Assembly: GCA_946544695.1 (NCBI GenBank)
Contig: CAMNMO010000001.1
Coordinates: 1-41,763 of the forward strand
Reading direction: 5' to 3'
Source of the DNA: an uncultured Ruminococcus sp.
Lineage (GTDB): Bacteria > Bacillota > Clostridia > Oscillospirales > Ruminococcaceae
Length of the DNA stretch: 41,763 bases
The notes under the pieces were generated by a model that ran no database searches, was not told the DNA's origin, and saw only the letters and a list, made by a program, of their open reading frames with translations. How positions within the stretch are numbered: position 1 is the stretch's first letter; every line of letters begins with the position of its first letter. Made by a program: the position numbers and the translations under genes. Below, one piece after another: positions 18,761-28,557 of the stretch.

Positions 18761-19215
18761 TCAGTCCAAAGGACATTCTATCGTTATCATAGTTTCCGCA
18801 AAGCCGTTTTTACGGTAAAACCGCAGACCGTCCTCATTCTCGGGGAATACCTGTGTGCGCACAAATGCCGCACCGTTTTTTCTGCCGTACTCCTTCGCAG
18901 CCTCCATAAGCTGTGTGCCTATCCCCCTGCTCCTGTATTTTCCGGAAACTACCATGTCCTGTATATACACATTCGTCTCGGGTCTCAGGCAGGGTATATC
19001 CTTCGCCGCAAGCAGTATTACATGGATAGACCCAACGACCTCGCCGTTATCTTCCGCTGCAAAAACAGCCTGCATATCACTGTCAAACAGTCCGTCATAT
19101 ATCCGTGCACCATTTTCGCTCATCACAAAATGCTGCGGCTGATATCCTTTTCAAGCTGCGCATACAGTCCGTTCAGGTACACCTCATCTGACCTCTGCGC
19201 CCTGCGTACAGTCAC
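18761..19215 (-). pseudogene. GNAT acetyltransferase split by a -1 frameshift near 19145
   Basis: GAGGA SD + GTG 19215 gives MTVRRAQRSD...LEK; GNAT core (YRSRGIGTQL, N...RFYRKNGF) continues in the -1 frame. Confidence 0.7.
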
Positions 19216-19218
19216 AGC

Positions 19219-21324
19219 TTATTCCTCGCCGCCTGCATTCTCACCCGAAAGGTTACGCTGATATCCGCAGTCGGGCTTGTGGCATATAAGTATGCCGTTC
19301 TTGCCGCCCTTCTGGAAAAGTGTGCTCTTGCATCTCGGGCACTTCTCCTCGGTGGGTATGTCCCATGTCATGAAACTGCATTCGGGGTTGTTCTCGCAGC
19401 CGTAATACTTCTTGCCCTTCTTGGACTTTTTCAGCAGCACTCTCTTTCCGCAGAACGGGCAGTCGCCGCCTGTCTCCTGAACTATGCGCTTTGTGTTCTT
19501 GCACTCGGGGAATCCCGAACAAGCCATGAATTTGCCGAACCTGCCTATCTTTATCACCATAGGCTTGCCGCACACCTCGCATATCTCGTCGGTGGCTTCA
19601 TCGGGCACCTTCACACGCTTGCCCTCCATCTCCTTCTCGGCGTTGGAAAGCTCGCTGTCAAACTCCTTGTAGAACTTCTGCAAGGTCTTTACCCAGCCCG
19701 TCTTTCCGCTTTCAACGTCATCAAGACTCTTTTCCATGTTCGCCGTGAACTTCACATCAACTATCTTGTCAAAGTGTTCGCTCATCAGTTCATTGGTGAC
19801 TTCGCCCAGGCTTGTGGGCTTCAGCTGCTTGCCGTCACGCTCAACATAATTTCGGTTGATTATGGTGGTCACAGTGGTCACGTAGGTGGAAGGTCTGCCT
19901 ATGCCTGTCTCCTCAAATGCCTTTACCAGTGTGGCTTCGGTATATCTCGGGGGCGGCTGTGTGAAATGCTGGTTGCCCAGTATCTCTTTGGCAGTAAGCT
20001 TGTCGCCCTTTGTCAGCGGCGGAAGAACGTTCTTCTTTTCTTCCTCCTCGTCTTTGGATTCTTCATAAAGCACGGTAAAGCCGTCAAACTTCACCGAATA
20101 TCCCGTAGCCTTGAACATAACGCCCTTAGCTTCTATGTCCACCGACATTGTGTCCAGCGTGCACCCTGCCATCTGTGATGCTATGAACCTCTCCCAGATA
20201 AGCTTGTACAGCTTGTACTGGTCTGATGTCACACCGCTCGCTTTAACAAGGTCAGGCGTTATCGCAGGGTCGGTGGGGCGTATAGCCTCGTGTGCGTCCT
20301 GCGCACTGCCCTTCGTCTTATAAACACGGGGCTTCTCGGGGATATATGCATCGCCGTACTTGTCCCTGATGAATTCGTAGGCAGCAGCCCTCGCTTCATC
20401 GGATATACGCAGGCTGTCGGTACGCATGTAGGTGATAAGACCCGTTGCGCCCATGCCGTTTATCTCAAGACCTTCGTATAACTCCTGCGCAGCCTTCATG
20501 GTGCGTCTGCCCTGAAATCCCAGTCTCCTCGATGCTTCCTGCTGCAAGGTCGAAGTCGTGAAAGGCGCTGCGGGATTTTTCTTGCGCACGCTCTTTTTCA
20601 CCTTTTCCACCGTGAACTCAGCATCGCTCAGCCTTTGCAGTATCGCATCGGCATCAGCCTTGCATTTCAGTTCGGGCTTCACCCCGTCAACAGTGTCCAC
20701 CTTAGCTGCAAAGGGCTTCTTGCCTGTCTTTGCAGTGAACTGTGCATCTATCGACCAGTATTCCTGTGACACGAAAGCACGTATCTCGTTCTCCCTGTCG
20801 CATATCATCTTTACCGCCACAGACTGCACTCTGCCCGCTGAAAGCCCACGCCTTATCTTCCTCCACAGGAACGGTGAAAGCTTGTAGCCCACTATCCTGT
20901 CCAGTATGCGCCTTGCCTGCTGTGCGTTCACCAGGTCCATGTCTATGGTCCTGGGATTGCTCATTCCTGCGTCTATACCGCTCTTGGTTATCTCGTTGAA
21001 GGTCACACGGTTCTTGTCGTTCATGTCCAGTCCCAGCAGCTGTGCCAGGTGCCAGCTTATGGCTTCTCCCTCACGATCGGGGTCTCCTGCGAGATAAACA
21101 TGGTCGCTCGCCTTAGCCTTTTTCTTTATCTCTTTGATAAGGCTCTCCTTGTCCTTGATGTTTATATACTGCGGCTCGAAATCATTTTCTATATCAACTC
21201 CCAGCTTGGATTTCGGCAGGTCTCTCAGGTGACCCATCGAAGCCACCACCTCGTAATCTCCGCTGAGATATCTCTTTACCGTTTTCGCCTTGTGAGGCGA
21301 CTCTACTATTACCAGATCTGACAA
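19219..21324 (-). CDS. topA: DNA topoisomerase I
   Basis: LVIVESP, DPDREGE, SAGRVQS, LITYMRTDS, C-terminal Zn ribbons. Confidence 0.98.
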   Translation of the reverse strand: MSDLVIVESPHKAKTVKRYLSGDYEVVASMGHLRDLPKSKLGVDIENDFEPQYINIKDKESLIKEIKKKAKASDHVYLAGDPDREGEAISWHLAQLLGLDMNDKNRVTFNEITKSGIDAGMSNPRTIDMDLVNAQQARRILDRIVGYKLSPFLWRKIRRGLSAGRVQSVAVKMICDRENEIRAFVSQEYWSIDAQFTAKTGKKPFAAKVDTVDGVKPELKCKADADAILQRLSDAEFTVEKVKKSVRKKNPAAPFTTSTLQQEASRRLGFQGRRTMKAAQELYEGLEINGMGATGLITYMRTDSLRISDEARAAAYEFIRDKYGDAYIPEKPRVYKTKGSAQDAHEAIRPTDPAITPDLVKASGVTSDQYKLYKLIWERFIASQMAGCTLDTMSVDIEAKGVMFKATGYSVKFDGFTVLYEESKDEEEEKKNVLPPLTKGDKLTAKEILGNQHFTQPPPRYTEATLVKAFEETGIGRPSTYVTTVTTIINRNYVERDGKQLKPTSLGEVTNELMSEHFDKIVDVKFTANMEKSLDDVESGKTGWVKTLQKFYKEFDSELSNAEKEMEGKRVKVPDEATDEICEVCGKPMVIKIGRFGKFMACSGFPECKNTKRIVQETGGDCPFCGKRVLLKKSKKGKKYYGCENNPECSFMTWDIPTEEKCPRCKSTLFQKGGKNGILICHKPDCGYQRNLSGENAGGEE

Positions 21325-21577
21325 ATCATTCTCTCCGTTTCTTACCTCTCGGGGTATGGATTTTTACAGTAAACGACACATACTATCACTCACCCCCGCT
21401 GCATATCTGTGCAGTCGGGATAAGTCAGTCGTTCTATATTCATTCGGCTGTTTCTCAGCCCTGCATTTTCTGTCTCTTTCATTATCTCACTAATTTACAA
21501 TACACGGTCCGCAATAGATAGTGTTTTTTTGAGGAGCGCCGCCAAAGCGCTCATTCTCTATCACGGATAGTGGATCA

Positions 21578-22780
21578 TTAATTCAGCTTATATCTTTTGC
21601 CGGGCAGCGACGACACTATGCCGTCAAGCTCAAGCCCCGTCACGCAGGGCAGTATCTTTATCATGTCAAAGCCGCTCCTCATGATGAGTTCGTCCATCGA
21701 AAGCTCGCCGTTCTCCCTCAGCAGTTCACAGACTACCCTTTCGTCGGGCGTAAGCACCTTCATCTCACTTATATCTGCCCGCTGCTTCACAGCTTTTTCC
21801 TGTGCAGGCTTTTTTACAGACCTCGCCGTGCTGTCATCCCCCGCTGCCGTCCTTGCAGACCCCGCAGCAGCGCCCGCAAGCTTGTGGCTGCCCTTCGGGA
21901 TATCCCCACGTTCTTCCAGCACCCTTACCAAGTCAGCGCCGTCAAACAGCGGTACACAGCCCTTTCTCAGCAGGTCACGCTGACCGTAATACTCGGTGCT
22001 GTACAAAAGGTGCGGCGGTACAGCAAACACAGGCACGCCCAGCTTTTCAGCCCATTCGCAGTTGTCAAGCCCCTTGCTTTCCGCAGATGCCTCCGCCACG
22101 ATGACCGCACTCGAAAGTGCCACCGCCAGTCGGTTCCTCTTGTGGAAATTCATGCCGCCACGCTTGTTCGGGGCATGTTCGCTTATCAGCAGCCCGCCCG
22201 ATACCAGCCGTTCTTTGAGTTCCTGCGAACCCTTAGGATATTCCTGTTCAAGCGATGTGGGATAAACAGTCAGCGCAGCTCCGCCGTGCCTCAGTGCATT
22301 TTCGATGACCTGCGCATCAGCACCCTCAGCGAACCCGCTTGAAAGCACAAAACCCCTCAGCGTCAGTTCTCTGCAAAGCACCGCTATCAGCGATGAGGTG
22401 TACCTCGTCGGCTGCCTTGAACCCACTATGTGCACCACAGCCCTGTCATTCAGCAGCCCCGTGTCTCCCTGACAGAACAGCACCGCAGGCGCATCGTCAA
22501 GCCTTCTCAGCCTTTCGGGATAAGCATCGTCATCTATGCAGACCACCTGCTGTCCCAGCCCAAGCGCCTCATTCAGCAGACTTTCAGCATCATCAGGCTT
22601 TATCCGTGCAGCCTTCTGTCTCTCAGCATCAGTCAGCCCGACGACCTTGCCCGCCATCATGTCTCTGCACAGCTTTTCTGGGTCACAGTCCTTGTCGGCT
22701 GTCTCCCATAAACGCCTGCTGCCCGCCCCGAATACCAGCGCCGTCCACAGCCAATATACCCTGTTATCCAAGTCAGTCAC
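21578..22780 (-). CDS. dprA: DNA-processing protein DprA
   Basis: YPERL, IVGSR, SGFAEGAD, FHKRNRL, C-terminal winged helix; upstream of topA. Confidence 0.92.
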   Translation of the reverse strand: MTDLDNRVYWLWTALVFGAGSRRLWETADKDCDPEKLCRDMMAGKVVGLTDAERQKAARIKPDDAESLLNEALGLGQQVVCIDDDAYPERLRRLDDAPAVLFCQGDTGLLNDRAVVHIVGSRQPTRYTSSLIAVLCRELTLRGFVLSSGFAEGADAQVIENALRHGGAALTVYPTSLEQEYPKGSQELKERLVSGGLLISEHAPNKRGGMNFHKRNRLAVALSSAVIVAEASAESKGLDNCEWAEKLGVPVFAVPPHLLYSTEYYGQRDLLRKGCVPLFDGADLVRVLEERGDIPKGSHKLAGAAAGSARTAAGDDSTARSVKKPAQEKAVKQRADISEMKVLTPDERVVCELLRENGELSMDELIMRSGFDMIKILPCVTGLELDGIVSSLPGKRYKLN

Positions 22781-23588
22781 CCCGCCTTGTCATTTCCCAC
22801 AGGAAGATAGTCGCAGCCGTCGCCGCATTCAGCGAGTCGATATGCCCGTGCATGCTGATAGTGACCCTGCCGCTGCAAAGCCTGACATGTTCTTCTGCCA
22901 GCCCCCTGCCCTCGTTTCCGATGACCACAGCGCAGCCCTTCGAGAAATCATATCTCAGCACATCAGTGCCGCCCTCTATCACCGCCGCAGCCGTAGGTAT
23001 CCCCTTGACCGCAAAGGTCTCAGCGACCTTCTCAAAGTCCTTCTCCACGAATATGTCCACTCTCGGCATGCTTCCCACCGCCGACCTTACAGTCTTAGGG
23101 TTGTACAGGTCAACGCAGTTGCCCGCCAGCACTATGCCATCCAGTCCCATCGCATCGGAAGTCCTTATCATCGTCCCCAGATTTCCGGGGTCCTGCAATC
23201 CGTCCATTATCAGGTACTTTCCGCCCGCCTTCAGCGCTTCGCCCGAAAACGGCTTATCCATGCACTCAGCCACCACGAATATTCCCTGACAGCTGTCAGT
23301 GTCGCTTATCTTATCGGCTATCTCATGGGTTATCACGAACCTCTTGTTCTCGGGCAGTTCATCAAGGGTATCCCTGAACCACTCAAGTTCATCGCCGAAG
23401 GTACCCTCAACATAGTATACCCCCCGAACATTGATGATGCCGCCATTCTTCACATCATCGAGCACAGCATCGACACAGCCCCTTATGCCCTCTATGACGA
23501 AAAGCCCCGTTTCACGGCGGTATTTTCGGTTTGAATACAGCTTCGCCAGCTGCTTTATCTTAGGGTTGTCCTTTGATGTTATGACCAC
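22773..23588 (-). CDS. TrmH/SpoU family RNA methyltransferase
   Basis: QDPGNLGTMIRT, IGNEGRG, SLNAATAA SPOUT motifs. Confidence 0.93.
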   Translation of the reverse strand: MVITSKDNPKIKQLAKLYSNRKYRRETGLFVIEGIRGCVDAVLDDVKNGGIINVRGVYYVEGTFGDELEWFRDTLDELPENKRFVITHEIADKISDTDSCQGIFVVAECMDKPFSGEALKAGGKYLIMDGLQDPGNLGTMIRTSDAMGLDGIVLAGNCVDLYNPKTVRSAVGSMPRVDIFVEKDFEKVAETFAVKGIPTAAAVIEGGTDVLRYDFSKGCAVVIGNEGRGLAEEHVRLCSGRVTISMHGHIDSLNAATAATIFLWEMTRRGD

Positions 23589-23699
23589 TGTGTCCTGCCT
23601 CCTCTCGGTGATATCTCACAAACAAATTCAACACTATTGTCATGATTTATACAAATATTACAAAGTGTTAACATTGTCCTGCCGCCCTCATTATAGAAC

Positions 23700-23737
23700 A
23701 AAACACGCATAGCCGATGACCGACCTGCGTGTTTTTT
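23700..23737. terminator. intrinsic terminator after rplT
   Basis: AAAACACGCA...TGCGTGTTTT hairpin with T-tracts on both strands. Confidence 0.8.
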
Positions 23738-23742
23738 CACTA

Positions 23743-24096
23743 TTAAAGAGCTGCCTTAGCCTGCTCAACTATCGCAGTGAAACCTGCGGGGTCGCTGATA
23801 GCGATCTCAGAAAGCATCTTTCTGTTCAGGTTGATGCCTGCCTTGTTCACACCGTTCATGAAGGTGGAGTAGTTGATGCCGTTCATCTTGCAAGCAGCGG
23901 AGATCCTTGTGATCCAGAGTCTTCTGAAATCTCTCTTTCTCTGCTTTCTGCCGATGTAAGCATACTGACCGCTCTTCATTACGGCCTGCTTAGCCATCTT
24001 GAAGTGCTTGCTCTTCGCACCGAAGTAGCCCTTTGCAAGCTTCAGTGTCTTATTTCTTCTCTTACGAGTCATCATTGCTCCCTTAACACGAGCCAT
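23743..24096 (-). CDS. rplT: 50S ribosomal protein L20
   Basis: MARVKG...[13 protein letters not shown]...[10 protein letters not shown]. Confidence 0.99.
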   Translation of the reverse strand: MARVKGAMMTRKRRNKTLKLAKGYFGAKSKHFKMAKQAVMKSGQYAYIGRKQRKRDFRRLWITRISAACKMNGINYSTFMNGVNKAGINLNRKMLSEIAISDPAGFTAIVEQAKAAL

Positions 24097-24146
24097 AGTT
24101 ATTACCTCCTAGAATTATTACAAATTTTACTTCCCTACAACTCGTC

Positions 24147-24347
24147 TTACTTCTTGTAAGGGATAAGAGCCTTTACGTTTGCTATGTTGGTATCATCAGC
24201 GTATGCTGCGTTTCTCAGAATTCTCTTTCTCTTGTGATCCTTCTGATTGAGTCTGTGTCTCTTATTAACGTGCTGGAACTTTACCTTGCCGGTACCTGTT
24301 ACTCTGAAACGCTTCTTAGCGCCCGAATGTGTCTTGATCTTAGGCAT
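24147..24347 (-). CDS. rpmI: 50S ribosomal protein L35
   Basis: [14 protein letters not shown]. Confidence 0.99.
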   Translation of the reverse strand: MPKIKTHSGAKKRFRVTGTGKVKFQHVNKRHRLNQKDHKRKRILRNAAYADDTNIANVKALIPYKK

Positions 24348-24370
24348 TTGATTTATCCTCCTTAGTATTA

Positions 24371-24889
24371 TTACTTGCCTGCTTTGGGCGCAACGAACAT
24401 TACAAGACTGCGCCCCTCCATCTTGGAAGGCTTATCAACAACTCCCACCTCGGAAACAGCTTCCTTGAACTTCACCAGCAGTTCTTCGCCGAACTGAGGG
24501 TGTGCAACGGTACGCTTGCGGAATCTTACCGACACCTTCAGCTTATCTCCGCCTTTAAGGAACTTTATTGCCTGATTGACCTTGGTCTCAAAGTCGTGGG
24601 TATCGATGGTAGAGGACATTCTTATCTCCTTTATCTCGATGACCTTCTGATTCTTTCTCGCTTCCTTCTCACGCTTCTGCTGCTCGAACAGGAATTTTCC
24701 GTAATCCATTATCCTGCAAACGGGCGGTGTAGCCTGCGGAGCGATCTTCACCAGGTCAAGATCCTTCTCAAATGCGATCTTCAGCGCTTCATCCGCACTG
24801 ATTATACCGAGCTGTGTTCCGTCAACGTCGATGACCCTGAGTTCCTTGTCTCTGATCTCCTCGTTGAGCTGATGTTCCTTGCTGCTAAT
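24371..24889 (-). CDS. infC: translation initiation factor IF-3 (probable ATT start)
   Basis: [17 protein letters not shown]; GGAGG lies 9 nt from ATT (24889) but only 3 nt from TTG (24895). Confidence 0.97.
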   Translation of the reverse strand: MSSKEHQLNEEIRDKELRVIDVDGTQLGIISADEALKIAFEKDLDLVKIAPQATPPVCRIMDYGKFLFEQQKREKEARKNQKVIEIKEIRMSSTIDTHDFETKVNQAIKFLKGGDKLKVSVRFRKRTVAHPQFGEELLVKFKEAVSEVGVVDKPSKMEGRSLVMFVAPKAGK

Positions 24890-24904
24890 AGTCAAGCACC
24901 TCCA

Positions 24905-25052
24905 AAATAAAAATTAAACGGGCACAGAAAACTCCGTACCCGTGGCATATCACAACAACGCAGTGCTGTCCGCACCGCCGTAATATTCACTGTTTACCTC
25001 TTTGCAGCCCGCAGGCGCCCAAGGTGAGAACGGAATGTTCTGCTTTGTTTAC
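24905..25052 (-). ncRNA. ribosomal protein L20 leader (cis-regulatory RNA) with attenuator hairpin
   Basis: 5' AAGCAGAA..CCGTTCTCACC motif; ends in CGGGTACGGAG/TTTCTGTGCCCG-TTTAATTTTT terminator just before infC. Confidence 0.8.
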
Positions 25053-25058
25053 CCAAGT

Positions 25059-25087
25059 ATTATACCACCTTTTCTCCCGCTTGTCAA
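25059..25087 (-). promoter_or_regulatory. sigma-A promoter of infC-rpmI-rplT
   Basis: TTGACA-17 nt-TATAAT with extended TG. Confidence 0.85.
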
Positions 25088-25141
25088 TAGCCGCAGAAAA
25101 GATTTTATGACTTTTTTGTAAATTATCCCGCAGACTATACG

Positions 25142-25594
25142 TCAAAGCCTGGACAACGGATAGAACATCATGTAATGCAGCAGGGGTTCTGTCAGCATAA
25201 CACCCCAGAAGCCTCTGCCCTCCACTTCACACTTATCTAAGTAGTACAGTTTGAACACCATCAGCAATATCGGCATGACGATGATGAACAAAACAAACAT
25301 CGCCTCCGAGAAAGTCACCACAAACAGCAGCATCGCCCCCGTACACAGCAAAGCATCAATGATAATGTAAAGCCAGCGTTTCGGGTACCCTTTTCTGAAA
25401 TTTCTGTCGTCTGCGATAAGCACAGCGCCCATCACATCTGCTGCCATGAGCACCGCTATGAATATCACCTTTCTCATATTGCTGTCAGCTTGACGCACCA
25501 GCTCATATATCCAGTAGCCAAGCACCGTCATCGGCGGTATGAAACGCAGTATATACCGCATTTTTCCGAGTGCTCCTTTTTCCTTTGATCTCAT
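25142..25594 (-). CDS. hypothetical membrane protein
   Basis: Four to five hydrophobic segments; AAGGTG SD. Confidence 0.7.
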   Translation of the reverse strand: MRSKEKGALGKMRYILRFIPPMTVLGYWIYELVRQADSNMRKVIFIAVLMAADVMGAVLIADDRNFRKGYPKRWLYIIIDALLCTGAMLLFVVTFSEAMFVLFIIVMPILLMVFKLYYLDKCEVEGRGFWGVMLTEPLLHYMMFYPLSRL

Positions 25595-25603
25595 ATCGTT
25601 TTT

Positions 25604-26185
25604 TCACACCTTTTCCGAAATAACTTCCTCCGCTGCGATAAAACAAAAGGTCACCACAAGCGACAGGCTCACATTCCCGCAAACCGCCGCCGTGACGATG
25701 TACACCGCTCCCACGATAAGCAGCATTATCCTCACTGTCCTTGCCGCCCTGCCCTCACAGACCATCTCCAGCACCCGCCCGCCGTCAAAATACCGAAACG
25801 GCAGCAGGTTGAACGCCCCGAGAAACAGGTTCACCGCCGCAAAAAAGCAGTCCCCTTTATAAAGGTATGCCGCACCCGCCAGCAGAAAATTCACACCGCA
25901 GCCCGCCAGCAGCACCGCAGCATCTCTGCCGAAACTGTCCATTCTCCCACGGGGCGGGGTTATGCGTATGCCTCCGCCGTAAAGGGTTATCGCTTCGGGT
26001 CTGCGGCGGAATATCAGCATGAAAAACAAATGACCGCACTCATGCAAAGCACAGCACAAAAGCATGACCATCAGCCTGCCCGCATCTGCGCCGCCTTTAA
26101 GCAGCATGACCGCCAGCACAGCAGGAAAACTGAAATCCACTCCCAGCCATACCCGCCTGTATCTCACACGCCACAAGTTCATCAC
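25604..26185 (-). CDS. M50-family site-2 metalloprotease, SpoIVFB-like
   Basis: HECGH and FNLLPFRYFDGGR motifs, polytopic. Confidence 0.85.
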   Translation of the reverse strand: MMNLWRVRYRRVWLGVDFSFPAVLAVMLLKGGADAGRLMVMLLCCALHECGHLFFMLIFRRRPEAITLYGGGIRITPPRGRMDSFGRDAAVLLAGCGVNFLLAGAAYLYKGDCFFAAVNLFLGAFNLLPFRYFDGGRVLEMVCEGRAARTVRIMLLIVGAVYIVTAAVCGNVSLSLVVTFCFIAAEEVISEKV

Positions 26186-26193
26186 CCCGCTTG

Positions 26194-26222
26194 ATACTAT
26201 GCGGGACGATGTTCATTTATGC
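26194..26222 (-). promoter_or_regulatory. candidate sigma-E-type sporulation promoter
   Basis: GCATAAA-14 nt-CATAGTAT directly upstream of the M50 gene. Confidence 0.5.
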
Positions 26223-26256
26223 CGAATGCAGGTGCAAAGCAGCCGTCAAAAGCATA

Positions 26257-27225
26257 TCACCGCCTGCGAATGCTTATCTCGCCGCTCGATACACTTTCCC
26301 TGCTGCCGTCCTCGTGCTCGACCAGCAGCCTGCACCTCTCGTCCACATCTATCAGCCTTGCAGGTACCTTATCATTGCCGTGTATCAGGTTTATCTTCTC
26401 GCCACGCCAGATAAGCCTTTTGCGGTAGCCCTCAAGGAAAGTATCCTCAGCAAGCTCCCTGTAATACCTCATGAATTTCGATATCACCAGCCCCGCCATG
26501 CGGTTGCGTGCGTCCTCCGCAGGCGTATCCAGCACAGCCCCTGCGATATCCCTTATCTCCTCGGGGAATCCCCCCTCAGGCTCGTATACATTTATGCCTA
26601 TGCCGCACACCGCATAGTCCAGCCCGCCGCTTTCCAGGCTGAATGACGCCTCTGTCAGTATGCCGCATATCTTTCTGCCGTCAAGGTATACATCGTTCAC
26701 CCACTTTATGCCGACGTCTCTCCCGCCGACTTCCTCCGCTGCCTCAGCCACAGCCACCGCCGCAGCGGTAGTTATGCGCACAGCGTCCGCCGCTGTCATC
26801 TCGGGTCTCAGCAGAATGCTCAGGTACAGCCCCGTGTCCGAAGGCGAGAAAAAGCTCCTCCCCATTCGCCCTCTGCCCTTTGTCTGCATGCCCGCCGCCA
26901 CAACAGTGCCTTCCTTTGCACCCGCCGCAGCCAGTTCACGCAGGCGTATGTTCGTTGAATCAGTCTCCTTGTACACAGTCAGCTCTGCGCCGCAGTCAGC
27001 AGTCAGGTACTTCTCTATGCCCGCAGCCGAAAGCACATCGGCAGCCTCAAGGCAGTAGCCCCTGTTAGTCACCGCATCGATGCTGTAACCCTCACTTTGC
27101 AATCCCTTGACCGCTTTCCATACCGCACCTCTCGTGCAGCCCAGCTCAGCAGCTATCTCAGCCCCCGAAAGGTACTTGCCCCTGTTGTGCTCAAAAAGCC
27201 TTATCAGCTCGTCCTTTACTGCCAA
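26257..27225 (-). CDS. birA: bifunctional biotin--[acetyl-CoA carboxylase] ligase/repressor
   Basis: N-terminal HTH, DSTN, QTKGRGRMGR, IKWVNDV, KICGILTE. Confidence 0.96.
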   Translation of the reverse strand: MAVKDELIRLFEHNRGKYLSGAEIAAELGCTRGAVWKAVKGLQSEGYSIDAVTNRGYCLEAADVLSAAGIEKYLTADCGAELTVYKETDSTNIRLRELAAAGAKEGTVVAAGMQTKGRGRMGRSFFSPSDTGLYLSILLRPEMTAADAVRITTAAAVAVAEAAEEVGGRDVGIKWVNDVYLDGRKICGILTEASFSLESGGLDYAVCGIGINVYEPEGGFPEEIRDIAGAVLDTPAEDARNRMAGLVISKFMRYYRELAEDTFLEGYRKRLIWRGEKINLIHGNDKVPARLIDVDERCRLLVEHEDGSRESVSSGEISIRRR

Positions 27226-27231
27226 ATCCCG

Positions 27232-28557
27232 TCACTCCCTCTGCAAAACATTCAGGTCCACTGCGCCGTCTATGCCCGCAATGCGGCCCGTGCCGCACCT
27301 CTGCCACAACAGCCAGTCACCCTCGTATGTCGTCTCGTTGACATAGTGCGCCAGCCACACAGGTCTGTCATTCCTGTTCTCCCAGAATTTCTCCAGGAAA
27401 TCCCTGCTGCTGTACAGCATGGCTTCATAGCCGCTCTTTTCCACCTCATCAGCGAAGGCTTCATATACCTCGCTGAGATCATGTATGCTCATTCCGTAAT
27501 TCTGGAAATTCTGAAAATCCTCCCAGTCAAACGCTATGGGCAGGTCAAGCTGCTGACCGTCCAGCACCTCGACTATCCTCCTTGCCGTCTCCCTTGCGCC
27601 TTCCTGTGTGGTGTCTGTCGAATAGAAATACACACCCACGTCCAGTCCCGCAGCCACAGCCCCCGACATGTTGTCATAATAACATTCATCAAGGTCAGCG
27701 CCGCCGTATTCGCCGTAGCCCATGCGCATCAGCACAAAGCTGCACCCCTCCGCTGCGACCGCATCGTAGTCCACATCGCCCTGCCAGCGTGAGACATCTA
27801 TGCCGAACTCCCTGTCGGGTGCGTCATACTGCTGCATAAAGTCGCTGAAATATGTAACGCTGTCATCATAGTATGGGTCTGTCACCGTGCCGCCCACAGT
27901 AACATTTACCTCCTGCGACATAAGATTGCCGCTGCCGTCGGAAATATACACCGTTATGTAATAAGTCCCCGCCGCCGAAGTATCTACCTCGCCGTCCCAG
28001 CTCATGGTCGGCGCACTGTCGTAGTTGTCCGCATAGCTGAGATAGTCGTTCGGGTCAAAGTATTCGCCCACGCCCACATACATGTCATATCCCAGCAGCA
28101 TCACAGGCGGCGTTGTATCCACCACGTTGTATGTTACCGTCTTTTCAGCTTTGCCGCCGTCAAGCTCCAGCTCCAGCGTCACCTCGTGCTCCCCGAGTTC
28201 CTCTGTGTCCAGCATCTCATCGCCGTTTAAAAGCTTTGCATTGCTGTCAAACATGAACTCCGAAAGCTTCACCTGCTGATACACCTCGACAGTGTCCATG
28301 CAAGCTAAGTTTATATCATCGGGGTCAGCCTTTTTCTCCGCCTTCTTCTCACTCTTTTCAGGCTGCTCCTTTTTCGTCGCAGCAGTAGTTTCGACAGGCT
28401 TCTCCTCCTCATCGGTGGTCACCTTTTCTTCGCTGACCTCCCTGTCCTCCGCCGCCGTCACAGCTTCCCTGTCCGTCACATTTATGTCCTGTTTTATCTC
28501 AGTGCCGCAGCCCGCCAGAATAAGTGCGGCAGCCGCAAACGCCAGTGCCTTCCTCAT
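27232..28557 (-). CDS. GH25 muramidase lipoprotein with Ig-like repeats
   Basis: Lipobox LAGC; VVDTTPP / ADNYD / VDTSAAGTY Ig-like motifs; GIDVSRWQG, AFDWE, VDLN catalytic domain. Confidence 0.9.
   Translation of the reverse strand: MRKALAFAAAALILAGCGTEIKQDINVTDREAVTAAEDREVSEEKVTTDEEEKPVETTAATKKEQPEKSEKKAEKKADPDDINLACMDTVEVYQQVKLSEFMFDSNAKLLNGDEMLDTEELGEHEVTLELELDGGKAEKTVTYNVVDTTPPVMLLGYDMYVGVGEYFDPNDYLSYADNYDSAPTMSWDGEVDTSAAGTYYITVYISDGSGNLMSQEVNVTVGGTVTDPYYDDSVTYFSDFMQQYDAPDREFGIDVSRWQGDVDYDAVAAEGCSFVLMRMGYGEYGGADLDECYYDNMSGAVAAGLDVGVYFYSTDTTQEGARETARRIVEVLDGQQLDLPIAFDWEDFQNFQNYGMSIHDLSEVYEAFADEVEKSGYEAMLYSSRDFLEKFWENRNDRPVWLAHYVNETTYEGDWLLWQRCGTGRIAGIDGAVDLNVLQRE

Noticed and set aside
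27232-28557. GH25 as a prophage endolysin
   Set aside because: It has a lipoprotein signal and sits in a housekeeping operon with no phage genes
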